Shown piece after piece: positions 21,505 through 31,510 of a stretch of 64,000 nucleotides of DNA (position 1 is the first letter of the stretch; each line of letters opens with the position of its first letter). The notes beneath the pieces were generated by a model, which saw only the letters and a list, made by a program, of their open reading frames with translations, had not been told where the DNA came from and ran no database searches. This DNA is from an uncultured delta proteobacterium (GTDB taxonomy: Bacteria; Desulfobacterota; Desulfobacteria; Desulfobacterales; JAFDCJ01): the NCBI GenBank assembly GCA_963769935.1, contig CAVYNY010000007.1, positions 32,001 through 96,000 on the forward strand, given 5' to 3'. The position numbers were made by a program, and so were the translations under genes.

Positions 21505-22242
21505 ATGACGGTTGGTAAAATTGATTTGATTCACATGATCGGCAATGCCGGTCTTGTGGTTCAGCTGGTGCTTTTATTGCTGTTGTTTTTTTCCGTAACT
21601 TCCTGGGCAATTATTTTAATTAAGTATCGTTACATCAGACGGGCATTCAGACAGTCGGCTGAATTCACGGAATTTTTTTGGAAAAGCCGCGATCTGTCCA
21701 ATGCCTTCGCCAAAGCCAAACAGCTTCATGGAAGCCCGTTGGCCAGAATTTTTCGAATCGGTTATGTGGAGCTAAAAAAAACGAGCCAATCCGGCGAGCC
21801 GACGATTTCGGGCTCATCCCCGCCTGCCGGTGAAAAACTCCCTTTCAGTACCAGATTCGCCGGGATCGATAATGTGAAGCGGGCCTTGCGCCGGGCAACC
21901 AACACTGAAATGACCCGCATGACCCAAATGGTGGCCTTTTTGGCGACGACCGGCAACACCGCACCATTTATCGGTTTGTTCGGTACGGTCTGGGGCATTA
22001 TCCACTCTTTCAGCGGAATCGGCCAACAAGGTTCAGCGAGTCTGGCGGTTGTTGCCCCCGGCATTTCCGAGGCGCTTGTGGCAACGGCCGCCGGTCTGGC
22101 GGCTGCCATACCGGCGGTGATTGCCTTTAATTTCTTTATGAATAAGATTCGTATCGTTGACACCGAGTTACAAAGCTTTGCCGCCGATTTTCTCAACATC
22201 ATTGAACGGGATATTCTGCGTATCGAGAGGAGAAAAGGATGA
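21505..22242 (+). CDS. tolQ: Protein TolQ
   Basis: LATTGNTAPFIGLFGTVWGI, APGISEALVATAAGL. Confidence 0.95.
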   Translation: MTVGKIDLIHMIGNAGLVVQLVLLLLLFFSVTSWAIILIKYRYIRRAFRQSAEFTEFFWKSRDLSNAFAKAKQLHGSPLARIFRIGYVELKKTSQSGEPTISGSSPPAGEKLPFSTRFAGIDNVKRALRRATNTEMTRMTQMVAFLATTGNTAPFIGLFGTVWGIIHSFSGIGQQGSASLAVVAPGISEALVATAAGLAAAIPAVIAFNFFMNKIRIVDTELQSFAADFLNIIERDILRIERRKG

Positions 22243-22676
22243 TCACCGGCGGCAGAAATAGTGAGTTGATGTCCGATATCAACGTGACCCCTTTCGTTGA
22301 TGTCATGCTGGTCCTGCTGATCATTTTCATGGTCACCGCGCCCATGATGATCCAGGGCTTGGACGTTGATTTGCCCGAGGCCACGGCCAAACCGCTTGAC
22401 TCCGAAAAGGAGCATCTGGTTATAACGATCAACAAAGAACAGCAGGTATTCATCAATGATTTTCAGGTAACGGTTGAGTCCTTGCAGGATAAGCTTATAA
22501 AAGTCGTTCAGGGTCGCAAGGATCGGGATGTTTATCTCAAAGCGGACAAGAGCATTCCGTATGGAATTGTCGTTCAAGTGATGGCGGAGATAAAGGCCGC
22601 CGGTGTTGAACAGCTTGGCATGATCACCGATCCGTCGGTTATCGAAAAGATACGCGAAGCACAAAAAAGCAAATAG
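22239..22676 (+). CDS. tolR: Protein TolR
   Basis: INVTPFVDVMLVLLIIFMVTAP, AD..IPYG. Confidence 0.95.
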   Translation: MITGGRNSELMSDINVTPFVDVMLVLLIIFMVTAPMMIQGLDVDLPEATAKPLDSEKEHLVITINKEQQVFINDFQVTVESLQDKLIKVVQGRKDRDVYLKADKSIPYGIVVQVMAEIKAAGVEQLGMITDPSVIEKIREAQKSK

Positions 22677-22679
22677 CCG

Positions 22680-23630
22680 ATGAAAACAATTTCTTCTGCG
22701 CATGCGTATCCGATGGGGCAGGACATTGATTCCCGTTCCATGGTATTGTACATTGGAATATCACTGTTATTTCATGTGATCTTCATTGGATCCGTTATTT
22801 TTATGCCCTCCGCCGCCGGCCGACCGAGATTGGGACCAGGGGCTATAAATGTCAATTTGGTTGCGATGCCCGGTCCTCCGGCAGCGGCACCGGCGCCGGC
22901 AGCCGAAGCTTCGGCCGCGCCGGCAACCAAACCGGCGGCTGTGCCGGTTGCCATACCAAAGAAGGAAGCAGAGCAAGCCCCGAAGGCGCCGGTTGTCGAA
23001 CCGCCGCCTCCCAAACCACTGCCCGTTGTACCGGCTCCCCCTAAAACCGTGTCATTGGCGCCGAAAGAGGACAAGCCCAAGGCTAAACAATCACTCAAGA
23101 AAAAAACGATCGATCGCCAAAAAATTATCGATCAGGCGGTGGCCAAGGTCGAACAAAAGGTTGAAGAATCCCGCTCGGATTCCGTCCAACAAGCCATCGC
23201 GCGTTTGAAAAAAAAGGTGGCGCAAGGCGAGGCCGCTGGTTCTAAGCCGGACGCCGCAGCCAAAGAAACAACCAATGCAGCGGGAGCCGGGGTGCCCGGC
23301 GGAACCGGCGGCGGTGGCGGCAAAGGTGAGCTTGAGACCACCGACTTGTATAAGATTGAAGTTGCTTTTCAAGTCGAAAGAAATTGGGCTTTTTCGCAAC
23401 AGCTGGCCGGAGACGATCGGGCCTTGCAGGCCAGCCTTGTATTCAAGGTTCTGCCGAGCGGTGAGATAACCGATATCCGGTTTACTCAAAAATCAGGCAA
23501 TTCGTATTTGGATGATTCAGCTTACAAAGCGATCGTCAAAGCCAATCCGGTTTCACCGCATCCTGCAGGGGTCAATGTGCCGTATGTGATCGTGGGGCTC
23601 AGATTTACCCCGGAAGGGTTGAGAAAATAA
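22680..23630 (+). CDS. tolA: TolA/TonB family protein
   Basis: TM segment with SxxxH, Pro/Ala/Lys-rich linker, TonB-C domain (SGN..LD.SA..AI); position in the tol operon. Confidence 0.85.
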   Translation: MKTISSAHAYPMGQDIDSRSMVLYIGISLLFHVIFIGSVIFMPSAAGRPRLGPGAINVNLVAMPGPPAAAPAPAAEASAAPATKPAAVPVAIPKKEAEQAPKAPVVEPPPPKPLPVVPAPPKTVSLAPKEDKPKAKQSLKKKTIDRQKIIDQAVAKVEQKVEESRSDSVQQAIARLKKKVAQGEAAGSKPDAAAKETTNAAGAGVPGGTGGGGGKGELETTDLYKIEVAFQVERNWAFSQQLAGDDRALQASLVFKVLPSGEITDIRFTQKSGNSYLDDSAYKAIVKANPVSPHPAGVNVPYVIVGLRFTPEGLRK

Positions 23631-23798
23631 TCTAAGGTTCAAGTTTTAAAGTTTTAGAGGTGCAAAATTACGTTGGAGACAAGTCTGAGCGGTGGACTCT
23701 GAACCGGTCCACGTTTGTATTTTTTTATTGACTGGCTGATGCGGAGCAGGCATATATACCAGTAATTTTCAATTCATTTCAACATTGACAGCAGCGAA

Positions 23799-25145
23799 AT
23801 GGTAATTATGGTGCGTTATCTGAGAAGTATTTTTACTATCGTTCTTGGGCTACTACTGATTGGGCCGGTTTTGGCGTTTGCGCAAAGCGACGCAGATCAG
23901 TATGAATACATAGATATCAGTAATCCTTTTTTACGGAAGATTCCATTGGCCGTCCCGCCGTTCAAAAATGTGACCGGAACTGCGGAAGAAATCCAATTGT
24001 CCAAATCATCTTCCGATCTGCTCGCGGCCAGCCTTGACTTTACCGGGTATTTCAAGATACTCGATCAGCAATCTTTTCTTTTCGATCCCGCCAAGGATGG
24101 CGTTATGACCCCCCAAATCAATTTCGCCAACTGGACGGTCCTCGGCGCCGAGCTGCTGGTCACCGGTCTTTTCGAGGTCAGTGACGGCAAAATTACGGCG
24201 GAACTCCGTCTATTTGATACCTTTAAGGCCAAGCGCATTTTGGGTAAAAAATATGGCGGCCGGCTGGCCGATCAGCGCAAAATCATTCATCGATTTTGCA
24301 GTGAAGTGATTCAGTATCTTGCCGGTCATCAAGGTCCGTTTGCCAGTAAAATCGCCTTTGTTTCCACCGGCACCGGAAATAAGGAAATTTACAGCTGCGA
24401 GTTTGATGGTTATGATCCTCAGCAGATTACCCGCAACCATTCAATTTCTTTGTTTCCGGCCTGGTCTTCTGACGGCAAATATCTGGCCTATACGTCGTAT
24501 AAAGCGGGCCATCCCGATCTTTACATAAAAAATCTGGCCGAAATGCAGGAAATATCGGTCGCCAAAAAAGGCATCAATATTACGCCGGCCTGGGTTCCGG
24601 GCAAATTTGAGCTGGCCGCTACGCTTTCCTTCTCAGGTGACCAGGAAATTTATCTATTGACTGGCGAAGGAAAAATTATTAAAAGACTAACCGACATGCG
24701 GGGCAGCGATGTTTCACCCACCTGGTCCCCGGATGGCAAAAAGCTGGCGTTTGTTTCCAATCGGTCAGGCAATCCCCAAATTTATATAACGGACTTGGAC
24801 ACCGATCGGACCAGACGGTTAACCTATGACGGCAACTACAATACCCAGCCGAGCTGGTCTCCGAGCGGAGGAAAAATAGCCTACGCCTCATTCATAGACG
24901 GCCGGCACAATATTTGCGTGATTGATGTTGAAGGCTCGGAACCGCACCAACTAACCCATGAATCAGGAGATAACGAATCACCCTCATGGTCGCCTGATGG
25001 AAACCTTATCGTTTTCAGCTCAAACCGTGAGGGACCTTCTCGATTATATGTGATGACTGCGTTTGGCACTGATCAACGCCGGTTACTCAAGATGAACGGC
25101 GAACAGACTAACCCTAAATGGTCGACGAACGATTTCAATTACTAG
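23799..25145 (+). CDS. tolB: Tol-Pal beta-propeller protein TolB
   Basis: Repeated PxWSPDG (PD40) motifs. Confidence 0.95.
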   Translation: MVIMVRYLRSIFTIVLGLLLIGPVLAFAQSDADQYEYIDISNPFLRKIPLAVPPFKNVTGTAEEIQLSKSSSDLLAASLDFTGYFKILDQQSFLFDPAKDGVMTPQINFANWTVLGAELLVTGLFEVSDGKITAELRLFDTFKAKRILGKKYGGRLADQRKIIHRFCSEVIQYLAGHQGPFASKIAFVSTGTGNKEIYSCEFDGYDPQQITRNHSISLFPAWSSDGKYLAYTSYKAGHPDLYIKNLAEMQEISVAKKGINITPAWVPGKFELAATLSFSGDQEIYLLTGEGKIIKRLTDMRGSDVSPTWSPDGKKLAFVSNRSGNPQIYITDLDTDRTRRLTYDGNYNTQPSWSPSGGKIAYASFIDGRHNICVIDVEGSEPHQLTHESGDNESPSWSPDGNLIVFSSNREGPSRLYVMTAFGTDQRRLLKMNGEQTNPKWSTNDFNY

Positions 25146-25173
25146 ATCTTTCCTAATGTGAAAGGAGGAAGAA

Positions 25174-25683
25174 ATGCAAAAGAAGAAATGGATTTTATTG
25201 GCTTTGATGTTTGTTATTCCTGGATTGCTGGTTACCGTTTCATGTCAGAAAAAGGTGATTAATGCGACCCCTCAGCCGGTGGTCGAAGAAAAGAAGGTGG
25301 AAGAAAAACCGCCGGAGCCAGTTGTGGTACCCCCCAAGGCGCCTGATATGATGGTAATGCAGGAAGACATATATTTTGATTTTGATAAATCCACCCTGAC
25401 CCCCGCAGCGCAGGATAACCTGCTGCGAAAGGCCGAATGGCTGCGCCAGAATTCCAATGCCACGATAACCATCGAGGGCAATTGTGATGATCGCGGCACC
25501 GAAGAGTACAACCTGGCGTTGGGGGACCGGCGCGCTGAAAGTGCCAAAGCTTTTCTGGTTGACCTGGGAATTGCTCCTGCCCGGATTTCGACCATCAGCT
25601 ACGGCGAAGAAAGACCTGTCGACCCCCGCAATAATGAAGAAGCCTGGGCCAAAAACCGGCGCGACCATTTCGTGGTCAATTAG
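25174..25683 (+). CDS. pal: Peptidoglycan-associated lipoprotein Pal
   Basis: Lipobox Cys, YFDFDKS, EYNLALGDRRA, SYGEE.P, NRR. Confidence 0.96.
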   Translation: MQKKKWILLALMFVIPGLLVTVSCQKKVINATPQPVVEEKKVEEKPPEPVVVPPKAPDMMVMQEDIYFDFDKSTLTPAAQDNLLRKAEWLRQNSNATITIEGNCDDRGTEEYNLALGDRRAESAKAFLVDLGIAPARISTISYGEERPVDPRNNEEAWAKNRRDHFVVN

Positions 25684-25872
25684 CAGGTGATTTTCCGGTT
25701 CTTGGGAAATGTCGCCCTTAAGGGGCGGCGAACCGGAAAGGGCGACGGTCCATAATTGTTTCAAATAGGCAGCCGGCGCCGGCCAAGCCGGTGCTTGCTG
25801 CCTTTTCACCGCCAAGCGGGGTAGGGCCGCGGGATATCTTTTGGCCAAGAATCCTAATTATTAAAGTATGGT

Positions 25873-26745
25873 GTGATGAAAATATCCGTTTTGAGATCTA
25901 CTATCCTGTTGAATTTAGCATGTCTGTTGCTTTTATTCGGCTGCGTAAGTCAGAACGAAGTCACCTCGCTCGACACACGCTTGAGTGAGCTGGAACTTCG
26001 CAACTCCGAAACTCGCGAAAAAAGTGCTGCCTTGAAATCCGAGTTGCAAACTCGCGCGGGTGACGAACAGTCAGTGCGGCTTCAAATTGCTTCATTGCGG
26101 CAGCAGCTGGCCGGGCTCAATGAAGACGTCCGATCCTTAACCGGCCGAATCGAAGAACTTGAACATACGCTAAATCGCCAAACTCAAGAAAATACGGAGT
26201 CGACGGGCAGCCGGCAGGATCAGTTAGACCAACTGGCAAAAGACGCCAGATCGAATGACGAGCGTATTCTGCGCATTGAGCAGTACTTGAATTTTGAAAC
26301 ATCGGCGTCGGCGAAGGCACCGGAGAGCTCCTCTGCCAAAATCGCACCGGCCGAGCAGGTCAAAAAAGAGACCTCCGAAGATGAGATTTACCGGCAGGCG
26401 AAACAGGCTTTTGATCAGGGAGACTCCGACGCGGCCCGCAACAAATTCAGTGAACTTATCAAGCGCTATCCCAAATCGGAGCGCGCTGATAATGCCCAGT
26501 TCTGGATCGGTGAAATATATTATCGTGAAAAATGGTATGAAAAAGCCATCCTCGAGTATCAGAAAGTTATCGAGAATTATCCTAAAGGCAATAAAGTTCC
26601 GGCATCCCTTCTAAAGCAGGGTTTCGCGTTTCTAAATCTGGGTGATAAAGCCAATTCCCGCATCATTTTACAGGAGTTGATCAAAAAATATCCCCAAACG
26701 AACGAAGCAAAGATCGCCCAAGATAAACTTAAAGATCTGAATTGA
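25873..26745 (+). CDS. cpoB: Tol-Pal protein YbgF/CpoB
   Basis: Lipoprotein signal, coiled coil, TPRs (ADNAQFWIGE, YP.GNK.P..LLK.G). Confidence 0.9.
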   Translation: MMKISVLRSTILLNLACLLLLFGCVSQNEVTSLDTRLSELELRNSETREKSAALKSELQTRAGDEQSVRLQIASLRQQLAGLNEDVRSLTGRIEELEHTLNRQTQENTESTGSRQDQLDQLAKDARSNDERILRIEQYLNFETSASAKAPESSSAKIAPAEQVKKETSEDEIYRQAKQAFDQGDSDAARNKFSELIKRYPKSERADNAQFWIGEIYYREKWYEKAILEYQKVIENYPKGNKVPASLLKQGFAFLNLGDKANSRIILQELIKKYPQTNEAKIAQDKLKDLN

Positions 26746-26757
26746 CATGAACGCGCG

Positions 26758-27246
26758 ATGATAACAATCATCGGTATAGATCCCGGACTTTCAGCAACCG
26801 GTGTCGGAATCGTGCGAGGAATCGGATCAAAAATCTCAGGCTATTCTTTTGGCAGCATCAACACCCTCAAAAACAATTCATTGCCCAACCGCCTCGATCA
26901 CATCTTTTCAAAAGTTCTGCAAATCTTAAAGGACGAAAAACCCGACCTCATGGTCATAGAGGACGTATTCTCCCTGTCCGAATACCCCAAGTCCGGCATA
27001 ACACTGGGACAGGTAACAGGCGTGGTGATGTTGGCGGCATGCCAAGCCGGGGTATCGTCGGTCGAAATTGCCGTCCGTGAGGCCAAACAGGTTCTGACCG
27101 GAAACGGCAATGCCAGCAAGATGCAGCTGGAGGAATCCGTGCGGCATCGATTGCACCACCATTCGATCATACGGCCTTATCACGCCTCCGATGCTCTGGG
27201 ACTTGCCCTAATCGGATTATATCGTTATCATAAGAACCATACCTGA
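26758..27246 (+). CDS. ruvC: Holliday junction resolvase RuvC
   Basis: IGIDPG..ATG, IEDVF, G.GNASK.Q, DAL.LA. Confidence 0.92.
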   Translation: MITIIGIDPGLSATGVGIVRGIGSKISGYSFGSINTLKNNSLPNRLDHIFSKVLQILKDEKPDLMVIEDVFSLSEYPKSGITLGQVTGVVMLAACQAGVSSVEIAVREAKQVLTGNGNASKMQLEESVRHRLHHHSIIRPYHASDALGLALIGLYRYHKNHT

Positions 27247-27250
27247 AAGC

Positions 27251-27514
27251 GCGTTACGGGTTGCGGGTTTGCGGGTTACGGTTTGCGGGTTGCGGGCGAA
27301 GGGCGCATAGGGCATGGGGCACAGCGCATAGCATAAAAAAGCAGAGTGTTGCCGGAGGGTACTTCAAGTGTCGACTCCCGGTTGATGGTTGATAGGCGAT
27401 ATTTCATAGTTGATAGGTGATAGTTCATGTCTCCCTTCGACTCAATCAACTCAATCAACTATTTCAACCGAAATTAACAATCTCAACGATGCAAACGATT
27501 CAAAACATCCAAAC
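27251..27514. repeat. Mosaic of short-period repeats (TTGCGGG, GCATAG, TTGATAG, TCAAC/nonamer)
   Basis: Four adjacent blocks fill the ruvC-ruvA gap. Confidence 0.75.
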
Positions 27515-27535
27515 AAAAGAAACGGATTTTGACTG

Positions 27536-28168
27536 GTGATCGGCTATCTCGAAGGTAAATTGTTAAAAAAAGAAGAGGATCGCGTGCTGATTCTCGCCAA
27601 CCAGATTGGCTATGAAGTTCTGCTTCCGGCCGTTGTGATGAAATCTTTGCAAAACCAAAGTATCGGGGGGCAGGTTTCGCTTTATATTTATTTTCATCAA
27701 ACCGAGCGACAACCGAAACCGGTTTTGATCGGCTTTAATCTTGAGGTCGAGCGCGAATTTTTCCAGTATTTTATTTCGGTGGAGGATATCGGCCCTTTAA
27801 AAGCCGCGAAAGCGCTGGAGGTTCCGGTCAGGGAAATCGCCACTGCCATCGAGTCCGGGGACATCGGCAAACTCACCCAACTAAAAGGCATCGGCCGGCG
27901 AACCGCACAAAAAATCATCGCCAGCCTGGGAGGTAAAATGGGTAAGTTCGCCCTGATTCGGACTGCCGAGAACCAGGAGCAGGCCCCCGCCGTGGAAGAT
28001 TTCTCGCAACAGGTGCTGGACGTGATGGTTAAACAGCTCGGCCACAAACCGGCCGACGCCAAACAGATGATTGTCAATGCCATGCAGCGCAACCGTTCCA
28101 TCACCTCCGCGGAAGCATTGTTTGATGAAGTGTATCGAGGAGAAAAAATGGAGGGCGAAGGAAATTGA
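27536..28168 (+). CDS. ruvA: Holliday junction branch migration protein RuvA
   Basis: MIGYLEG, IGYEV, HhH motifs IGP..A and LKGIGRRTA. Confidence 0.9.
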   Translation: MIGYLEGKLLKKEEDRVLILANQIGYEVLLPAVVMKSLQNQSIGGQVSLYIYFHQTERQPKPVLIGFNLEVEREFFQYFISVEDIGPLKAAKALEVPVREIATAIESGDIGKLTQLKGIGRRTAQKIIASLGGKMGKFALIRTAENQEQAPAVEDFSQQVLDVMVKQLGHKPADAKQMIVNAMQRNRSITSAEALFDEVYRGEKMEGEGN

Positions 28169-28287
28169 AAATTGTAAATTGAAGATTGAATATTTGTGGA
28201 AGTCGCTGCGCTCCGTCATTTCTATTTTAATTATTTAAATCGATAGCATACCTTAAATATTCAATTTTAAATCTGCAATATTCAATC
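28163..28287. repeat. Family C palindromic element with AGTCGCTGCGCTCCGTC core
   Basis: ATTGAA/TTCAAT heptamer arms; includes the ruvA stop codon. Confidence 0.8.
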
Positions 28288-28364
28288 ATTTAACACTTTC
28301 CACATTGGTTTTAAGATGGTAACTCTATTCGTATCACCACTTAATCGTAAGAGAACAACAGACC

Positions 28365-29405
28365 ATGTCCGACGACATCATTTCATTTTCTTCCGATAAA
28401 CAAGGCATCGTAACCAGCTCCCCCTTAGTCGAGGATCAGGAACCGGAAATATTGTCTCTGCGGCCTGAATACCTGGTGGATTATGTCGGTCAGTCGGAAG
28501 TGGTGGAAACGCTCAAGATCGCCATTGAAGCATCCTTGCAGCGCCGCGAGCCCATTGATCATGTTTTGCTGCACGGTCCGCCGGGCCTTGGGAAAACCAC
28601 GCTGGCCCACATCATCGCCAATGAGATGGGAGGTAATTTGACCGTTACCTCCGGTCCGGCCCTGGAAAAAGGCGGAGATCTGATCGGGATGCTGACCCAT
28701 CTTGAAAGCAGCGATATTCTTTTCATCGATGAAATTCATCGCATTCCCAAAGCCGTGGAAGAATTTCTCTATCCGGCGATGGAAGACTTTGCCATCGATT
28801 TTGTCTTCGACAAAGGCGTTCATGCCCGCAGCCACCGCTTTCAATTGAAACGCTTTACTTTGGTGGGGGCTACGACCCGGGTCGGGTTGCTCTCCGCACC
28901 GTTGCGGGACCGCTTCGGCATCTTCCGCAGCCTTGATTTCTATGCCGAACCTGATCTGGTGAAAATCACCAAACGTTCGGCAGCCCTGCTCGGAGTTGCC
29001 ATCAACGAACAGGGCGCCGTTGAGCTGGCCAAACGATCGCGCGGGACACCGCGCATCGTGAATCGTTTGCTGAAGCGGGTAAGGGACTACAGCCAGGTCA
29101 GAGCGGACGGCAAAATTTCCAAAGAAACGGTGTCGGCCGCTCTTGAGCTGGAAGGTGTTGATGAGAAGGGACTGACCGACCTGGATCGCCGTTATTTGAA
29201 TACGATTATCAAATTTTACCACGGCGGGCCGGTGGGAATTGAAGCCATCGCCGCCACATTGCAGGAAGAGTCCGACACTCTGGTGGATATCATCGAGCCT
29301 TACCTCTTAAAAATCGGGTTTGTTATCAGGACGTCTTCCGGTAGAAAGGCATCCGAGGCGTCTTTCCGACATCTGGGATTTAAAATTCAGACTAAGATAT
29401 TTTAA
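28365..29405 (+). CDS. ruvB: Holliday junction helicase RuvB
   Basis: [36 protein letters not shown]. Confidence 0.98.
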   Translation: MSDDIISFSSDKQGIVTSSPLVEDQEPEILSLRPEYLVDYVGQSEVVETLKIAIEASLQRREPIDHVLLHGPPGLGKTTLAHIIANEMGGNLTVTSGPALEKGGDLIGMLTHLESSDILFIDEIHRIPKAVEEFLYPAMEDFAIDFVFDKGVHARSHRFQLKRFTLVGATTRVGLLSAPLRDRFGIFRSLDFYAEPDLVKITKRSAALLGVAINEQGAVELAKRSRGTPRIVNRLLKRVRDYSQVRADGKISKETVSAALELEGVDEKGLTDLDRRYLNTIIKFYHGGPVGIEAIAATLQEESDTLVDIIEPYLLKIGFVIRTSSGRKASEASFRHLGFKIQTKIF

Positions 29406-29410
29406 AGATT

Positions 29411-30211
29411 ATGTCCATCATAACGCTTCTGACCGATTTCGGCACCGAGGATGAGTATGTGGGGCTGATGAAAGGGGTTATCCTAACCATCAATCCGCAG
29501 GCTACCATCGTCGATATCACCCACCGGATCGGCAGCCAGGATGTGGCCCAAGCTGCTTTCACCATCGACGCTTCCTACCGATATTTTCCGGCGGGGAGCG
29601 TACATTTGGTCGTCGTTGATCCCGGCGTCGGTACCGGGCGGGGCCTGCTGGTCCTTAAAATGAGAAATCATTTTTTTATCGCACCCGACAATGGGATACT
29701 CACACTTTTATTGGCCGATGGCGGTTTAACTGCGCTCATTCGCCTCACCAATGCCGACTTTTTTTTACACCCGGTGAGCCGGACTTTCCACGGCCGGGAT
29801 ATCATGGCGCCGGTGGCCGCTCATCTATCCAATGGCGTGGAATTAAGCAAACTGGGCCCGGGAATGGATCCGCACGAAGCCGTTCGCCTGGCCGACCTTC
29901 AGGCGCGTCTGCTGCAGAACGGGCAGATCATCGGCAAAATTGTTGCGATCGACCATTTCGGCAATCTTATTTCAAATGTTGAGACACGGCAGCTGGCCGG
30001 ATATGGTCAAACCGGACCGTTAACCAGGCTGACGATTAAAATCGGATCACACGTCATCCATGGGCTGTCTGAGACATACGGGGACGTTCAATCCGACACC
30101 CCCCTGGCGCTCATCGGGAGTCGCGGGTATCTGGAGATCGCAGTAAACTGCGGCAATGCCGCCCGGATGTTAAAAGCCCGCCGGGGCGATACCGTGCGGG
30201 TAGCCATTTGA
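29411..30211 (+). CDS. SAM-dependent chlorinase/fluorinase family (DUF62, SAM hydroxide adenosyltransferase)
   Basis: ITLLTDFG, VVDPGVGT.R, APDNG, TFHGRD, DHFGN. Confidence 0.92.
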   Translation: MSIITLLTDFGTEDEYVGLMKGVILTINPQATIVDITHRIGSQDVAQAAFTIDASYRYFPAGSVHLVVVDPGVGTGRGLLVLKMRNHFFIAPDNGILTLLLADGGLTALIRLTNADFFLHPVSRTFHGRDIMAPVAAHLSNGVELSKLGPGMDPHEAVRLADLQARLLQNGQIIGKIVAIDHFGNLISNVETRQLAGYGQTGPLTRLTIKIGSHVIHGLSETYGDVQSDTPLALIGSRGYLEIAVNCGNAARMLKARRGDTVRVAI

Positions 30212-30312
30212 CAAGTCGCAGACAACGTGGTTGAATAAGTTTTAATAATCCACGGAAGAACCGGAATCAAAATATTTTTATAAGAAATTAAAATCAAGAC
30301 TATAGTACAGCA

Positions 30313-31320
30313 ATGGACAATTTCAGCGAAGCCTCGAAAAAGTCGGATCGTTTTTCGAATCCGGCCAAGCGTCCCAAACCTGCCGGGCGCTGGACCCTAT
30401 TATTTATCGGCAATCACGGTCGAACCATAACCCTTAAGCGTTTCAAAGGGATGGTATTGCTGACCCTGCTTGTATTGTGCATATCCATTGCCATTACCGT
30501 CGGTCTCCTGTTCTTGAGCCTGAACATCCGTCAGGATAAAGCTCAGCTTGAATCTCAGATGAACGATTTAAAGTCCCAAATTAAGACGCTGCGATATGAA
30601 AAAGACGTTCTCATGACCCGCTTGGTCCTGGCCGAGTCGCATTCGAAAGAAAACGCGGGCAAAATTCAGGAAAAGCAGGAAGCATCCGATCCCGCGGCGG
30701 AGGCCGGAAATGACAGCGCAAAACCGGAGCAACCCACAGCGGTGACAGCTTCCCCGAAAGCAGCGCCGGTCCCGGAGCAAAATGAATCGGACGAGGCTGC
30801 CGGCCAAGCCGATACGCAATTGAGTGTGGCGTTGGAAGATTTTCAGTTGTCCCCGAAACCTGACGAAAATTTACTGCGCTTCCAGTTTAAAATAAAAAAC
30901 ACCAGCGCCAATTCTCAGCGTGTTTCAGGCCACACGGTTGTGGTGTTGAAAGGGGATCAAATATCGCAGGCAAAATGGATGGCCATTCCGGCAATGCCGC
31001 TGGTCGATGGAAAACCTACCGGCAGACACAAAGGGCATACTTTCGGCATTAATTATTTCAAAACCTTAAGATTCTCGTCGAATTATCCGAAATACCCGGA
31101 TGAATATCAGGTTGCCACGGTCTATGTGTTCAGCCGCCGGGGAGAGCTGTTACTCGCAGAGGATTTTCCCGTTAAACTACCCCCCGCTTTCCATGAAGTC
31201 CCGGCGGAGTCTCCCGCTTCGGGCGAGACGTCGCCTTCGGCACCACCGGCAGCGTCCTCTGATGCGCCCCCTCCGGCCGCTGAAACGATAAATACACAGC
31301 CAAATACGACCACCCCGTAA
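30313..31320 (+). CDS. Hypothetical membrane protein (TM + coiled coil + beta-rich domain)
   Basis: 335-aa ORF with one TM segment, a heptad region and a Pro/Ala-rich tail. Confidence 0.7.
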   Translation: MDNFSEASKKSDRFSNPAKRPKPAGRWTLLFIGNHGRTITLKRFKGMVLLTLLVLCISIAITVGLLFLSLNIRQDKAQLESQMNDLKSQIKTLRYEKDVLMTRLVLAESHSKENAGKIQEKQEASDPAAEAGNDSAKPEQPTAVTASPKAAPVPEQNESDEAAGQADTQLSVALEDFQLSPKPDENLLRFQFKIKNTSANSQRVSGHTVVVLKGDQISQAKWMAIPAMPLVDGKPTGRHKGHTFGINYFKTLRFSSNYPKYPDEYQVATVYVFSRRGELLLAEDFPVKLPPAFHEVPAESPASGETSPSAPPAASSDAPPPAAETINTQPNTTTP

Positions 31321-31415
31321 AGTGAATTCTTAGCATTATACTAAAAAGCTTTCTTACCCTTTTATTATATGTATCTGATATGAAATAAAAAAAGAAACAA
31401 TGCGCAGCCTAAAAT

Positions 31416-31510
31416 AATTAATCCGCCAGGGCTTCGATTTAACTACTTACTTCAGTTTTCGAAGAGCAATTTACGAACCTGAATCTGCTATTTTTCAGGG
31501 CGGATTAATT
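31416..31510. repeat. 95-bp AATTAATCCGCC inverted-repeat element (copy 2)
   Basis: Reverse-complement homologue of 1181-1275, same length. Confidence 0.8.
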
